64,000 nt of DNA, taken from Nageia nagi (Eukaryota; Plantae; Pinophyta). The DNA is taken from positions 5,208,001 through 5,272,000 of the forward strand of contig JBITNC010000002.1 in the NCBI GenBank assembly GCA_050084985.1, read 5' to 3'. The translations under genes were made by a program, and so were the position numbers. Below the pieces are notes generated by a model. It saw only the letters and a list, made by a program, of their open reading frames with translations. It searched no databases and was not told the DNA's origin. Positions 48,901 through 63,146 of this stretch are shown here, one piece after another (the stretch's first letter is position 1; the number at the start of each line of letters is the position of its first letter).

Positions 48901-51900
48901 GTCTAATTCTCAACAAAGGCTTTAAAAACCTTAAAACTCTCAAATGTTTGATCTTTATGCTCAAGTAGATACCTAAAGGTCCTCCTACTAAAGTTATCAA
49001 TAAAGATCAAGATGTAAGATGCTTCTCTAAGCGACTTAGTCTGAAATGGACCCATCAAATCTAAATGCACAAGCTAAAGAGGTTGAGATGCTCTTGTTGC
49101 CTTATCTTTTTCAAACTTTTATCTATGCATTTTGCCAAGAATGCACTTCTCGTATAAACCAACTGAAGGAGAAATTTAAGATAAACTTTCCATAAGTTCT
49201 TAATCTTTCATGACTTGAATACTCTTATGGTTAAGGTGCCCTAAATGATGGTGCCAAATATTACTTTTAAAACACACACTAAAAGTAAGAAACATCTTTG
49301 ATAAAACTTGATCCAGATGTAGAGGTTATATTTCATAGATCCTTTAACTAAAGTGGCAAGTCCTTTCTTAATACACCAAGATTGAGAATCAAACTCAAAA
49401 GAGTACCCTTTTCTAGCAACTTAGATCATAAAGAGAAGGTTCATCCTTAACTTACGAACATAGAGAATATTTTCAAGAACCTTTCCATGAATCAACACAC
49501 TCCCAATCCCTTGGATTTCAAGGGTAGAGTTATCACCTATCACAACTGCATCTTTTTTATACTTATGAAAGTTCTCAAACTTTTCTTTTTCAAAACATAG
49601 GTGATTAGTGCAACCAGAGTCAACAATCCAATTAGACAAAAAAGAGCGAGACATGGAGTAGAGCTCCGTAGCAAAACTAGCATGAATATGCTCCTTTCTT
49701 TTATAGTTCTTTACATTTCAATTACTTTTATTTTTTTCTTTCTTTTCTTTTTGTAGCAATTAACTTCTTTGTGACATTGAATGCCATAATAGTTACAATT
49801 ACCATCAAATTTTTCCTTAGGATATGGATTGTTTGCTTTACCTTTTCTATTTTTTACTTGAAATGGTTGTTGTTTCCCTTGTTCTTACTTCTATGGTTAT
49901 TATTTCTGTTGTTCTTACTACTATTGTAGCTATTACCTCTTTTCTCAATTTTTTTGGAAAAAGAAGGATAAGATTTCTTTTGATGGTTGAACTTCTTCTT
50001 AAAAGGAGTTTTGGTTGCTCTAAGAGCAATGTTATTATCCTTACAATAAGAAATCAACATCTTATTGTTAAGAGCTTCCTCATGCTTCAATAGGTGCTTA
50101 GAAAGGTTATCAAGGGAGAAGACTTCTTCTTCTTCATCAAGCCTTGTTTCCATAATCGTTACAAAGTTTTCAAACTTTGAAGAAAGGCTTTGAAGAATGA
50201 TGAAGACCATGAACTCATCATTGATCCAATTGCATCCACAAGCAACAAGTTAGGTCCTTAGGTCAATGATTTTATTTAAATAGATAGCCATATTTTCATC
50301 TTCCTCTTGATGAGATTGAAGCAACTTTTGGAGAATGGTAAACCTTCTTAAAAAGTTTAAACAAAGGTATATTTGTTTAAGCTTATCCTAAGATTTCTTT
50401 ACCAAGGTTGAAGAGGAAATCATCAGGAGCACATCATCTAAAATTGCACGATAAATCATGGAGGTTGCTAACTCAATCTTTGTGTTGTAAGCCTCTAGTG
50501 CCTTCTTATCTATAGGAGGTACAAGGTTTTTATTCACTATTTGCCAAAGCTTCTTTACTTGTAATTCAGCTCTTATCCATGGTTCCTAAACCTTATAGTT
50601 GGAACCATCAAGAATGTGTTTGGATAAATAGGATTCTCCCATTTGCTACATAAGAATGTAAAATATTAAGCATGTGGTTTTAATAAATAACATTAAATGT
50701 TAAGTTTTAACCAAGTAAATAATACATGTTACATCTAACACTAAATACATGCTTGATTTGATTCATAAGTGCAAATATTTTATAATTCAAATAATAACTC
50801 ATGTACCCAAATACATTTCTCATCTTAAAAATCGTATATGTAGAGTGACATTATTGAGGATTTTCTTGTCTAAAAGTAGGCATTCACTTGGATGCCCACA
50901 TAAGAGGAGCCTAAGTCCTACTAATCCTCAACCAGTTCCCCTTGGGTAGCAATATAATCTCACAAGGAGAAGTACTAGCTATTTTTCATGGTTATGATGT
51001 TTATTGGATTGACCAAATTATTAATCTTGATTAAGTTTCAAGTTATCCTTCAAGGTTATTAGGATAATCCCTGAATGGATGTGTGGATATGTGGTATCAC
51101 TACACACATACCTGTCCACCTATTGGAGTTAAATCCAGACCAATAGAGAACTTAGGGGCAATTGAGAAATATCGACCTTTCACCATTTGGGTCATCAAAC
51201 TTAAAGGCTCCAATTCACCTATCCTCACCTCATGGCTTCCCAAACAAGTCATGTTGCAGAATGTATGTGCAGATGTATTCATTTTAGGGGGTTGTTCATT
51301 TCAATGTTTACAATTTTGCATAAGTAAATAAAGTAAAATACGAAACATGAAGTAAAAGAGCATAAGTAAAACATCATCTATTCAAAAATTTGAAATCTAA
51401 GTCTCCAATAGGTTTTGTTTACTAACCCCTAAAGGACATCTTTACATCAATCCTTATAAGTTTATTCCATACTTTGCATAAGGAATCAAAAATGCATCAT
51501 TCCCATAAGTTAACTTTGCAATAAGAATGATAAATACTTAAGTGTAAGCATGCATCAATCTCATAACTTAAAAAATTAGGTATGCATCTTAACTTTAAAG
51601 AAATAAGTAGCATGCGTTTAACCGTGTCTCACAAATTTTTAAATACTATGCATTATTCCATAGTTTAAAAAATAAGCATGCATCTTAAGACATTTAAGCA
51701 AGTATCATTCCTATTAGCATGCATCATTTACTTAATTACATAAGTATATTTATATTAAAGATCAATTCTTTAAAAACAGACATATCAAATTTGCATAAGG
51801 ATCTAAATTTTAAGTAAAAATTTTATAAAATTTCTTCTTTTTTTACTTAAAAAATTATCACTTAAGAAAATAGCCCACTCTTTTTTATATATATTATTAT

Positions 51901-52800
51901 TATGCCTCCTTCATTTAAAAATTTCAACAACCAAAAAAAATAAATGCAACTAGGTGCCCCATACTCCACGCTGAGCTCAAGAAATGATATCTTAAAAGAG
52001 GTTCCTTGCAAGTAAGAAGAACATTTAATGTAAGACATTAAATGTGGAGACCAAAGTTTTTTTTTTAAGATAAAGAGGCCACGCAGAGTGGGAGACATGA
52101 AGAGGAAGAAGCCTATATTCGAACGACGATAAGAGATCGATTGGGCAACATTTAAGGAGGTCGGTTGGGTCATGAGGCAGCAAGCCATGGGGGTGAGAGG
52201 AGGCTATGATGAAGCATTTATGGAGGTCAGTTGGGCTAGCATGGAGGGAGTTGGAGAGCAATGGACAATGCCTTGTAGGTTAGAAGGGCGAGCACTAGGA
52301 AGGGGCGCACATTGAGAAAAGGCTACAGATCTTTTGTTACTTATAGAGTGAGAAGGGGCCCAAATAATTTTTAATAATACTTGGAGCCATGAGCTGAAAA
52401 GAATGGTCATGATTCAACATTTGAGTAATGCCAAAAGGAAGGAGAATACAGCACCATGATTGTAACAAGTTTTGAGGCTATTCCTTTAGATTGGAAGGAG
52501 GAGAGCCATGGTGGAGAAACCCTACAACAAGTTGAGCAGGAAGGAGGTGATAATGGCATGAAAGAAGGAGGTGTTTTAGAAGCTAACACATAGGCCACAA
52601 GGGCCATATAGTTTTTTATGTTATCATTTTAGGATAAAGGTGCAAGCGCCAGGATTAAGCCCCATGATGGGTGCTAGAATTAAACAACAAAAAAAGGCAT
52701 ATAATATTGTTATCTATTTCCTAAGCATAAAGTCATAGGTTCGACCCTTACCCGATGTGCCAAAATTAAATAAATAAAAAAAAGGCATATAATGAGGAAA
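45395..52800 (-). mobile_element. Ty1/Copia LTR retrotransposon, decayed; 5' LTR not found
   Basis: gag LDGSNYKV (~50600); Zn knuckle (~49760-49805); protease WIVDSGCTNHLC; WHHHLGHLN; integrase MVRCML...LNRCPTKA...HLRVFG...KCIFMGY; RT LDIKSAFLNGDL, LKKSLYGLKKAP, LLYVDDLLI; RNase H DRDDRKSTFAY, RIKHVKIHAHF. Order is gag-PR-IN-RT-RH. The 5' boundary is approximate. Confidence 0.92.
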
Positions 52801-54529
52801 ACTCGGGTTTGATTAGCCTATAATCGATCAAATCGGGAGAAGCTCCTCCTAATACCCAACATTCCAATGCTAAGAATTTCACAGTTAGATCTTCTAACTA
52901 GCATTGAAATCAAAATTGTTCTACTAGTGTTGGTGGTGAGTAAAATGCTGCTTTATAAACCAATCCCCCACTAATGGGTTAGATTAATGAAGGGACATCA
53001 TTTTTCAGGTAGGTCACCATTTTTCCATTGTTTATCTATCACACATGTATTACTTATTGATATAATATAGATTAAAAAATAACTCTATTAACTCTACTGC
53101 TAGGGAAGAACTCAAGGAGAAAATCTGCCAAGTCATAGAAAAGCTAAGAAGTGGGGTAGAATATGGTCGACCTCCCCCTTGAATAAATTGAATTTCAACA
53201 TAAGTTTTAATATCTTTCAAGAAATCAAAGAAAACTTTATTCAAATATATATAAAAACCTTTTTATTGAATTTTTGCATATACTTTTTGAAGAACAAAGT
53301 AGTATATATGTATTTTTACTCAAAGTTTTGATATTCAAAAAATAAAATCTCTAAATTTAAAAATTTGTATAATTATAGCAATATAATAGGCAAATTTAAA
53401 ATTTCTACTAACAATAAAACATATTAGTATAAGCAAAGAAAAATTGCATCATAATATATTGCTTCTTTAGGCATATCTTACCATAACAAAAGGACTAACA
53501 TAACACAAAAACTATGTTAGTAATCCAATATAAAGTGAAGTAAGATTTTTGTCTCATATAAAAACACTAGTGATTTTTTTTTATCAATAATAGTAGATGA
53601 AGATTTTTAGATTCAATACGTACAATAGATAGGACCTCAATAGTTCTAATTGGATTAGTTATTGCAACAAATAGGATATTAAAAATCTCAAAGCGGATGT
53701 TCCTATTTGGACTAGGTCATGGTAACCCCATGACAATCAGTCAACTCCTTTTTTATTCTTTTGGGGCATCACAAAAGAGTCACCATCATGAAATATTTGT
53801 TGGAGGATTTTAGATATATAAAAAACATAAAATCAAATAGTAGAGTCTCTTTTGGACCTTTTGGGTCATCACAAAAGTTCCATTGCCATGGTAGCTCCAT
53901 TATACAAATCAAATTTGGATGAAGTCATTAATGACCCTTCATAGGACAGATGGATATACTCCTAGAGCACCATTTTTGGTACTTTTAGGGAATTAAAAGT
54001 ATCACCATGGGTAAAACAAATTAATGATTCATTTGGCTAGATAACTTCAATCCCTAAGCAATACCATCATCTTCAAGGCAAGTTTTGCCTTGGTTCCCTT
54101 TTCCTTTTGGGTTGTTGAGGAAACTAAGACAAAAAGGGGTATGGAAGAAGCATCAAATAAATAATATTCAAAAAATTATATTTCAATCTTTCATCATATA
54201 TTTATTCTTTCATGAATAACATTTTATTTGGATATGCAATTTAAATTCGTATTACTACATACCCAAAGAGGTACAAATTGTAGATACCAAAAGATGATTT
54301 TTTATTTATTATAAAATCATATTTATGGTATCTAAGTGAATTATTAATTAAAATATGCTAATATGAAGACTATTGTGTTGATCATATGTTAATCAATACT
54401 AATTATTATTAATCATGATTAGAATCTTTAATTATCTTGAAATTATTATTATTCTTGGAACGTTGACTAACCTCTCCATTTTCTTTTTATGTAAGATATA
54501 AAAGGAGGATCAAAGTGTGGAATTCCCTA

Positions 54530-54875
54530 TCAAATCCCAATCCATTTTGGATAATTCAACATTAAGAATCATGCTCTAATATCACTACTCTAATGGTGTC
54601 TCTTGATCATGGCTAAATGGTTTTTGTTTCTACATAATATCTTTAAGAATCATAAATGCTAATGTTATTATTTTGCATAATCATGGGCATTTTTGTTGTG
54701 ATGTATTTAGGTTTTGACATTTGAAGATTATTTCATCAAGGTGCTTAAGGCATCAAATCATCCCATTCAAGGACTAACCCAATTTGTAGAGCTTCAAGAA
54801 TATCATTTAGATTGGTGCTAGATTATATTGTAGATATAAGTGAATTATTAATTTAATTCATTTTTCATAGTCCAC
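54530..54875 (+). repeat. LTR-like direct repeat of ~43700-44081
   Basis: Colinear diverged match (taatggtg(c/t)ctcttga; tcaaggtgctt; atcatttaga(c/t)t(a/g)gtgcta; aattattaattt) ending ...tagtccaCA. Confidence 0.7.
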
Positions 54876-56699
54876 AACTATACAATTCACATGAATTAGT
54901 TGTTAGTTTTTCAATCATAAGTTTTTTTATCATACAAATAATATTATGTGGATAGGATGGATGTTCAAGTTTTGGGTTGATGATATTTTTATAGTAGGCT
55001 AGTTTTCTTCTTACTTTTTATATTATCATCCCTACAAGAAATTTCATTTATTTTATTTACAATTTATGATTTTAATTTTTCATTATATGAAAGGGCTTAT
55101 ATTATTATGTATGTTCTAAAAATTAATCTAGTTATCAAAGTCTTTTAGTCAACGTCTTGTAAGATGTTGATGCGTTAGAAAAGTTTGTTGGGCAATCACA
55201 TAGAGTCTATTATTGTCATTACCCATTTTTCCCAAGACCTAGAAAACTAATAATCAGCTCAAGAAATTTAAACCAAAAAAAAAATGATGAGGATGTCCAA
55301 ATAATTGATAATATTACATCTTTTGCATGTTGGTACTTTGTATAGTATGATTGTATTTCAAATTTATGACATGACTATATTGATAATAGAAATAATTATA
55401 GTGTAGCATAATTAAGTGATGAATGGAATTATGATATGTGTTTGTTATTATGTTCATATCAATTTAAAAATATCATTATTGTTACTATTGAATACTAGAT
55501 TTCTTCTCTCTCTATGTGGTTTAGGTCCCGATTGGTCCAATGCAATCTGGATGTGGGGAGGAGAGAGAGAGATGTGTATGATGTTGAAGATTCTAAATAA
55601 GGTCATTTGATCTATACTCCTACAAGCACATTAAAAATCAAAAATACAACACATAGTCATAAAAGGGGATAAGTCCTCTTAAACCTTAGAAATGTGATCA
55701 CCTCAATTTGATTAAAAGGCAGAAAATAATTATATAAGTATAAAAAGTTAAAGAGAATCATATCATTTTGACAAGCATGACATGATTTTTGTGAATGTTC
55801 AGTAATAATTTTATATTTATTAAATAGAATATCATTATGTAATTTAATTTACAAGATGATGACTAAGTTAATTGTAAAAGGACTTAAAAATATCCTACTA
55901 GAATTGATCTCCAAAACAATAAGGCTTTTTTACAATAGAGACAAATCCTAAATAAAATTGTAGTGGAACAAGAAATATCCAACACAATCAACCAAAAAGG
56001 AAATTAAGGCATATTCTTGAAATTTATTAGCATGAGAGAATTCCAAACAAAAATCAAACCACACTTTGACTATTCTTGGCAATTTGGAGATTTTCTAGTG
56101 ACTTGGTGAATTCCTTGTAAACTTGGTGATATAAAAGAAACCAATGATAAATTAAGTAAATAGAGAAGTGGAGATTTTATAAATAATAGAATATTAATTC
56201 AAATCTCCATAATTGTTATGAATCATCGCTATACATAATGAATCGTCATATCTCTTGAAGACCAGTCGATATCATACAAATGATAGAGACTATATTGGAA
56301 GAAAAGGGACAACCAATTTTCAATCATTAAGGGAGAAAATAATTATCAGTTAATCAATGAATCATTGAACTATAATGAATATGTTATTTTTACCATTACA
56401 ATAATATTGCCACACTATAATAACTTATATTTAGCTATTATAAATACAAATTACCCTCTTACTTTTAAATTTTATTTTATTTCAATATTATACTTTCAAC
56501 ATCTCCATTATTTCTATTAGTTTTCACTTATTCCTTGTTTGTGGGAAAGAATTCTAAATGGTTAAATTTATTCAAATCGTTTAACAGTTTTGTTATTGGG
56601 ACTCCTATAAAATAAAGAAGTGAGATCTTAATGGACTACTAAAGGAGGCTTATAAAAGAGTACCATTTAAACCATCTTTTAAATCTGTGCAAGTCTAGT

Positions 56700-57420
56700 T
56701 CTCTAAACAATTAGGATAATTCACAAAGTGGGTTATCCATTAAAATAGATGTATTAAGTCAAAAGTAGCAGACATAATCTTTGATGACGAAAGCTATGAA
56801 ATATTCTAGTACGAATTGTCCAAATAATTTCATTCTTGGTTCACAAAATAACTCAAATTCATCATCCAAATCATAATTCCTAAAGTTAAGTGGGACATGG
56901 ATATCCTACTCCAATTGGAAATATCATAACAATCTTGGATTAAGAAGATTGATGACTAGGTTCAGAAAAAACTTGACACTTATATGAGCAACTTTTCTTT
57001 TAAAGACTAAGAGTCACGGAATATAGGGAAGGAAAGGTTCTTCACAGGCCCAAAAAAGAGTTTCTTAGATAGCATATCTTATATTTGTAAAAGATATTTG
57101 ATTGAGCAAGGGGCGAACCTTAACACTTTATCCTATCTGTAGTGAGAAAGGTCCCAAGGGGTAGGGAAAGAAACCATGATGATGGGGTTTAATTGATTAA
57201 ATATCAAGCTCGTAAGGTTCTTAGGAACCCTCATAGAGTCTCCAATTATCCAAGAAGGAAACTCATTTGTTCTTCCTATTGAAACACGTGTCTTTAAAAA
57301 TTCTAGAAAAAGAGGGATCCCCATTGATAATAAATTCTTACAAGCTAATTTAAAACCAACATAAGAAGCCCAAGTACTAAAGAAATTATCATAACCTCAA
57401 GAGTCATCAATAATATAGAA
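56700..57420 (-). mobile_element. Highly decayed L1-like LINE ORF2 C-terminal remnant
   Basis: MGIPLF (YLGIPLF-like) at ~57310-57324 and a GSP motif at ~57110 in the expected order; otherwise very eroded. Confidence 0.35.
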
Positions 57421-58479
57421 ATTACCAAGAATACATAGATCACTAGAACTTCATAAGGAAGACTAAGATAGGTCATATAATGGAATGGAATTAAAAACTC
57501 CAATGCAAAGATAAGTTTCTATAAATGATTTAAAGTATATTTCTCAAAATCTTGAGACAAAATCATAGAAAAGTAAGGGTCCTCACAAGATTCATTATGG
57601 AAAATCAAAGTGACGATTCTAGTACCCCTAGTGACATAAACCTTATGAAGGATTCTTTAAAATGGATATAGAATATTATTGCAAAATTGGGATGATATTT
57701 TAATCAAATTTCATAGAATAAAATGAAAATATTAGCTCCTTCCCTTCTTGAAGAAATCCATTTGATCTATTAGGAAAAGAAGATCAAGAATAAATAGTAC
57801 CTTGACTATTGTGATTTACTGAAAAAGCATTTGACACCCTTGTTGATATGACCCTAAAAAATATAGGAAATAAAAAAATATTGAAAACCCCATATATCTA
57901 TGGACTCTGCCCATTGTAGAACTAGGTCAAGCATAATATGATGATGTTTGTTAAAATCTCCAAATAGTAATTAATAGTAAACCTAAAATTCATGATAATT
58001 GTTCCTAAAATACTCTACATATGTCTCTTCTATCATTTTACCTAAAATTGAATGATATTGAAAGCCAAGAATGAAGGCTTAGCTCTCTTGTAAAACTTAT
58101 AGTTATATAAAAAGAAATTGTGTTTATCCTTGCCAATAAAAAGAATAAATAAATAATTATTGATTATTTGGATACAATTGAGAAGTAAGAGGATGTTTCT
58201 CTTTTCTTGGCCAAACTCTCACTTCGATGCTCACACTGCTCTTTCAACTTTGAAGTAAGAAACTTTTAATATTCAATTGTCTCTTGGTCTTAGCAATCTG
58301 TTTCTACTTTGTTATTCTTACTCATTTCCTTTACAATGTTAAAGGTATTACAAGTTTTTGCATCTGTAGACATTTTCTTCACTTCTTACTTGTCTTTGAT
58401 GGTAAATTTGAAACTAATGAATCTTTGTTTATTTTTGAATCTTGTATTATTAATAGCTTTAAATGTATCATAAAACTTT

Positions 58480-58830
58480 AATGTATCAAGGGCCACACTT
58501 AACGATATGAATGATATGGGGTTTGAGAATATGGAAATAGCACAAGCAACTTGTGATACCTTAGGAAGAAGTTGATAATTGCAAACATAACAAATAGTGC
58601 CACCTTTATAGGCATCTTTCAAACATATACTAAATTGGTGGATTTACAATTAATTGAGTTTGCACATATAAGGCTCTTTGAAGGGAGATCTTTCTCAATT
58701 TTTATTGTTGTAAATGCTTTATTAAATATGAATGCAAGTTTTAAAAAAGTGGAGAGGATGCAGGTGCCATTCTACAAAAAAAAAATAGTGGAGAGATAGT
58801 TGCATGCAATACAATATTCGTAAGATTTAA
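58480..58830 (+). pseudogene. PPR gene fragment
   Basis: ITNSATFIGIFQTYTKLVDLQ...FSIFIVVNALLNMNASFKKVER fits PNS.TF.GIL.AC..L.DLQ...V.NALLDMYAKC..IE. Confidence 0.65.
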
Positions 58831-59881
58831 GTTATGCACCTCATAGGAATTTGAGGGATTTAAGTTATCTTAGCATTCCTTCTTCAAACTTGGATTAAAT
58901 GATGGCTTCAACCAAAAGAGGTGGCTTCGAATGTTTATTTCCTTTAACTAATTGGACCCAAGTAGTTTTGACTTTTATTGATTCAAGTTTAGAGGCAAGG
59001 TCTTTAGGGTTGGTTGTAACTTTAGCATTTAAATTTGTAAAATCGCCTGAATTAATAAGGTCTTACTTATATGTTTTGCAGTTGGCAATAAGCTAAACTC
59101 GTAGGTTTACGATGTCACGTTAGGTTATAACCCAAAGATATATTTTCAACTATGTCATTTGTTTAACATGTGTGTTGATGATATTTTATTAGTCACGAAA
59201 TGTTTGAAAGAGATTTTTATTTATCAACCAAATTGATTATATATTTAATATCTTGTTCAAAGAAGTCCATCTTGCCCATGGCAAGCAAAGTCAATTCTTA
59301 ATATGAGCTCTTGTGCTAACAAGTTCAATCTGTCTATGTTGTGGGCAATATCATAATCCTCATTTTGCATGTCTTCAAGTCTGGTGGCAAGGTGGTACCA
59401 AGAAGTTATAATGTTAATTTTGACTTAAAAGGTCAAATGTTCTATAGGTGGTCTACTTTAGGTCCTTAATCCTTGAAGGAAGAGGGAATCAACCTTTAAC
59501 TATAGAAAAATTGACAAGCCTTAACATAAACAAGATAAATAGAGAGATAGATAAGTATTTTAACGTCCTTGTAAACCCCTTGTTTTGTAAGACCTATCAA
59601 AGTTCATCCATAAGTAAATATATACCAATTAAGTATTTGAATGATTGTTTCTCATATAATTAATTTATATAATAAAATTATCAAACTTGTTTTGGTTAAG
59701 TTATGTTGTCTCTTTTGATTTAAAAAGAGAGGACTTAAAAACATAGAGCAACAACTTATGAATATAGATTTAAAACCATGACAAAACAAGTTATGTATTC
59801 TCAAGAATGAATAAATGTTTGACCTCATACTCCTCAAAGTTCCAAAGAAAGCAAATTGAAGGGTACGTGAAATTACTGGTA

Positions 59882-60571
59882 TCATATCAAGGAAGGCTTA
59901 AAAACCATTAAACATGTTAAGTTACAAGCATGGTTATAAATATGTAGAAAACATTCATGTAAGTTCTTCATGCAACATGGTGGAAGCCAATTCCACTTAT
60001 TTAGACTTAGATTGTATATAAGCGATTCAGCATTGCCACTTTTTCCAAAGCATATGTAGTCTTTCACTCCCACACATTGCATATATATGGAAACAATATA
60101 TTCTCTCATCTTCTTTGAAAGAGGATAAACATCGTTAACACTCTATAATTGTAAACAACCAGCATAACATAGTTGCCATCAAACTTTGGACCAAGAAAAG
60201 ACACCCAAGTTGGGAAATCCAAGTCCTTCATGTTGTAAACCACAACACTATGACTAGAAGGTCTGTTACAAGTTGGAAGAAGAAGGAAATCTTTTCCAAA
60301 AATAATATCCTTTATCTTCCCATGATACATTGGGATGCGACTTCTTTGCAATCCTCCAAGATCTAGTGAAAGAATTCAACACTTTCATGTTAATGTGATC
60401 ATAGTCATCATGATTGAAATCATATATACTTGTACTATTATCACTACCTAATGCCATAACCTTGTAAGAGTCTCCATCTTTGTCTAGAATGGTGTTTACA
60501 ATGGCTTTGCTCATAAACAAGAAAGGAGGTAGTTTCGTGCATCCTCTTGTGAAGAGATTGCAAAGATACAT
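59882..60571 (-). pseudogene. F-box/kelch-type (F-box-associated domain) pseudogene, frameshifted, N-terminal F-box not seen
   Basis: Three overlapping frames: LCNLFTRGCTKLPP...SYKVMALG...VLNSFTRSWR / VVVYNMKD...MLVVYNYRVL / CVGVKDYICF...LIYNLSLNKWNWLPPC...MVFKPSL. Confidence 0.75.
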
Positions 60572-63146
60572 TTAGATAAACCTCATAAGTATTTATGTTT
60601 GGTGTTATCTATCTTACCAAATAAAAGAAGAAACAGTTCTAAAGAAGGCACAAGAACTTAACCAAAAAAGTAATAAATATTTTAAATGATAAAAAGCAAA
60701 AACTTTGAATTTTAAAAAGACTAGGGAACCCTAGAAGAAGCAATATGAGGATAAAAAATAACAAGCTCCTTGGGAAGTAAAAGAAATACCTAAGGGGAAA
60801 CAAAAGAACCCAAATACTAAAGAGGACACTGTTTTTATTAATTTATTTTATCATTTGATTCTTAAATGTAACTTTTATGAAAGGGGGAAAAAAGCTTATT
60901 AAGACCTCAAAGGAAGAAACACTATAAGAAACAAGGGGAGGAGCAGTAGAAGAAAGCAATAGTGAAAGGTAAAATGGAGAAAGTTGGCAAATCGTGAAAT
61001 CAACTTTATAAGTGATAATTTTCATTCCAAGCAAACCTCACAACACTTTTAACAACTTTATTAATCCAACTAACAATGGTGAAATCAACTTTAGAAGTGA
61101 TAGACTTCAAAGGCAAAGATTATGATGGCATCAAACTCATGTTCCTAGAAAGACCCTAAGCTCACTTTTAGGAAAGCATATCACTAGGCAAAAATAGCAG
61201 GAAGACTACATAATAGGAGGGGGACCCTTACATATTAAATTATGTGTTTGATAAGTAGCTTAGATAACTATTTGATTTAAGCAAAAAGGGTCTTCTCAAA
61301 AGAACAAGTACTGAAATATTTGATTGTATATTGATGGCACCTCCAACTTGATGATAGGCTACACAAAAAATTCATCAAAAAATTAACAAAAATAGTAAAT
61401 TTGATTTATAATAAAATTTTAAATATCGCATTTATAAACAAAACCCACAAAATACAATGTCAAATTCATATCATGAAATATGTATTATATTTATAATTAC
61501 AACATAATCCATGTATCCTTGAAACCAAAATAAATTTGACAATTTTATTATAAATCTAATTTTATTAGAAATAAATATTTAAATACATAAATATTTTATA
61601 TTTATCTTTCAACAAATTTTGATAGATTCTTCAGACCATTGAATTTAAATCATAATCATTATTCCTATTTATTTACATTAACACTTTATTAATTCTATTG
61701 CTTGGGATTTGTTGTTCTTTTTTAACTTTATTTTAATCTGTGATTATAATTATATTTCTCTTTTCAAATCAATTTGCTTTGTATAGTGATTATTTTGCTT
61801 GTATTATTTAAGTTACTTTATTATAGAGATATTTTGTTTGTTGATTTTTAAAATATAAAAGTTTACTTTTACTTCTTGTTGCAGCTGGTTCTTGATTTAA
61901 TCTTCACAGCTTTATTCTCAATAGTTTCATTTATTAATTGTGGGCCAAGGATCATCTATTCCTTGCTTTTTGCATGCTGTTGTCAATTGAGTAAAATTGT
62001 TTCAAGTTCATTCAAAAGCTAGTTTTGCGTTATTTCGGAACTCTCCCAAAGGCTCCGATTATCACTCTATTAGGTATATTTAGAGATTAATAAGTTCATC
62101 TAATTTTATTTTGTTTACACAATTTAGAAAGTATTTGCATTTCCGTTATTCTCCGTGATATCATTTGCAGCAAACAAAGATCAACTATCAATACTATAGA
62201 ATCAAGACAATGTGACCATCCTTTGATCCAAACCAAGTCTCTGGTGGATAAGAATTAGTGTGTCAATGCTGTACAATGCTTTCTAGAGTTTTAGTATTGC
62301 ACACAGATTTATAATTGCCTCATCCATATAAAGCACATCCAGAATTTACTCGTGTGGCAGGCTAGGACACTTTCTGACGCAAAGTCATCAAAGTGCAAAT
62401 GAGATGATTTGGTGGGTTTTCCTTATTGCTTGCTTCGACTGTTTATTCATCAAAGACATATTCTTACACAAAAATAAGGCCCCCTACAAAACAACAAATG
62501 CTTATCACTTTAGTTAGCTGTCTATACAACAATTTTCCTTTCTGTGCAGTTGTTTTCAAAAGTTTGAGTAACATCAGCTTCAAACAAATAACAGCAGGTA
62601 AATATTCAGGCCTCTTCTCACATTAAAAATGCTGATAAATAAATAACAACTTTTTCCCATAGTAGCTAATAAAAAATGAATTTAATATATCTTCGCAGTA
62701 TTTCCTTAACAATATATTGGATCTCCATCACATGGAGCACAATAAACGAGTCTCATCTTGCAACGAAGACCCTGTACAGGTAAATTTCATCAATGTAGAG
62801 AATTCCACCTTTAGTATTGAAGGCCTACCATAAGCCTCCAAAGGAAGAGTAATATTATTGACTATCAATACATGTACGCCTCCTTGCTTAACAACTCAGA
62901 AGACGTGATTGCCTCCTTGGGTCATTATCATGTTTTATGAGCATAACTGAGCGCCATACATGGAAGTACCTCTTCCAAAAAAAGAAATTGGATAAAAAAG
63001 AATTAATTTTCCAATCTAAACGCACAAACCATCAGAATACTGCAGAAAAACCTCCGACCATGTTTGATGCTTACCATACTGGATCAACATAGTCCTCAAC
63101 TGATTTAGCAGGCAGATGTGGTATTCAAAAAATGAACAAAAGTATA

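Noticed and set aside
57700-58200. KAFDT motif suggesting an RTE-type LINE RT remnant on +
   Set aside because: A single short motif in heavily decayed sequence is not enough to call.
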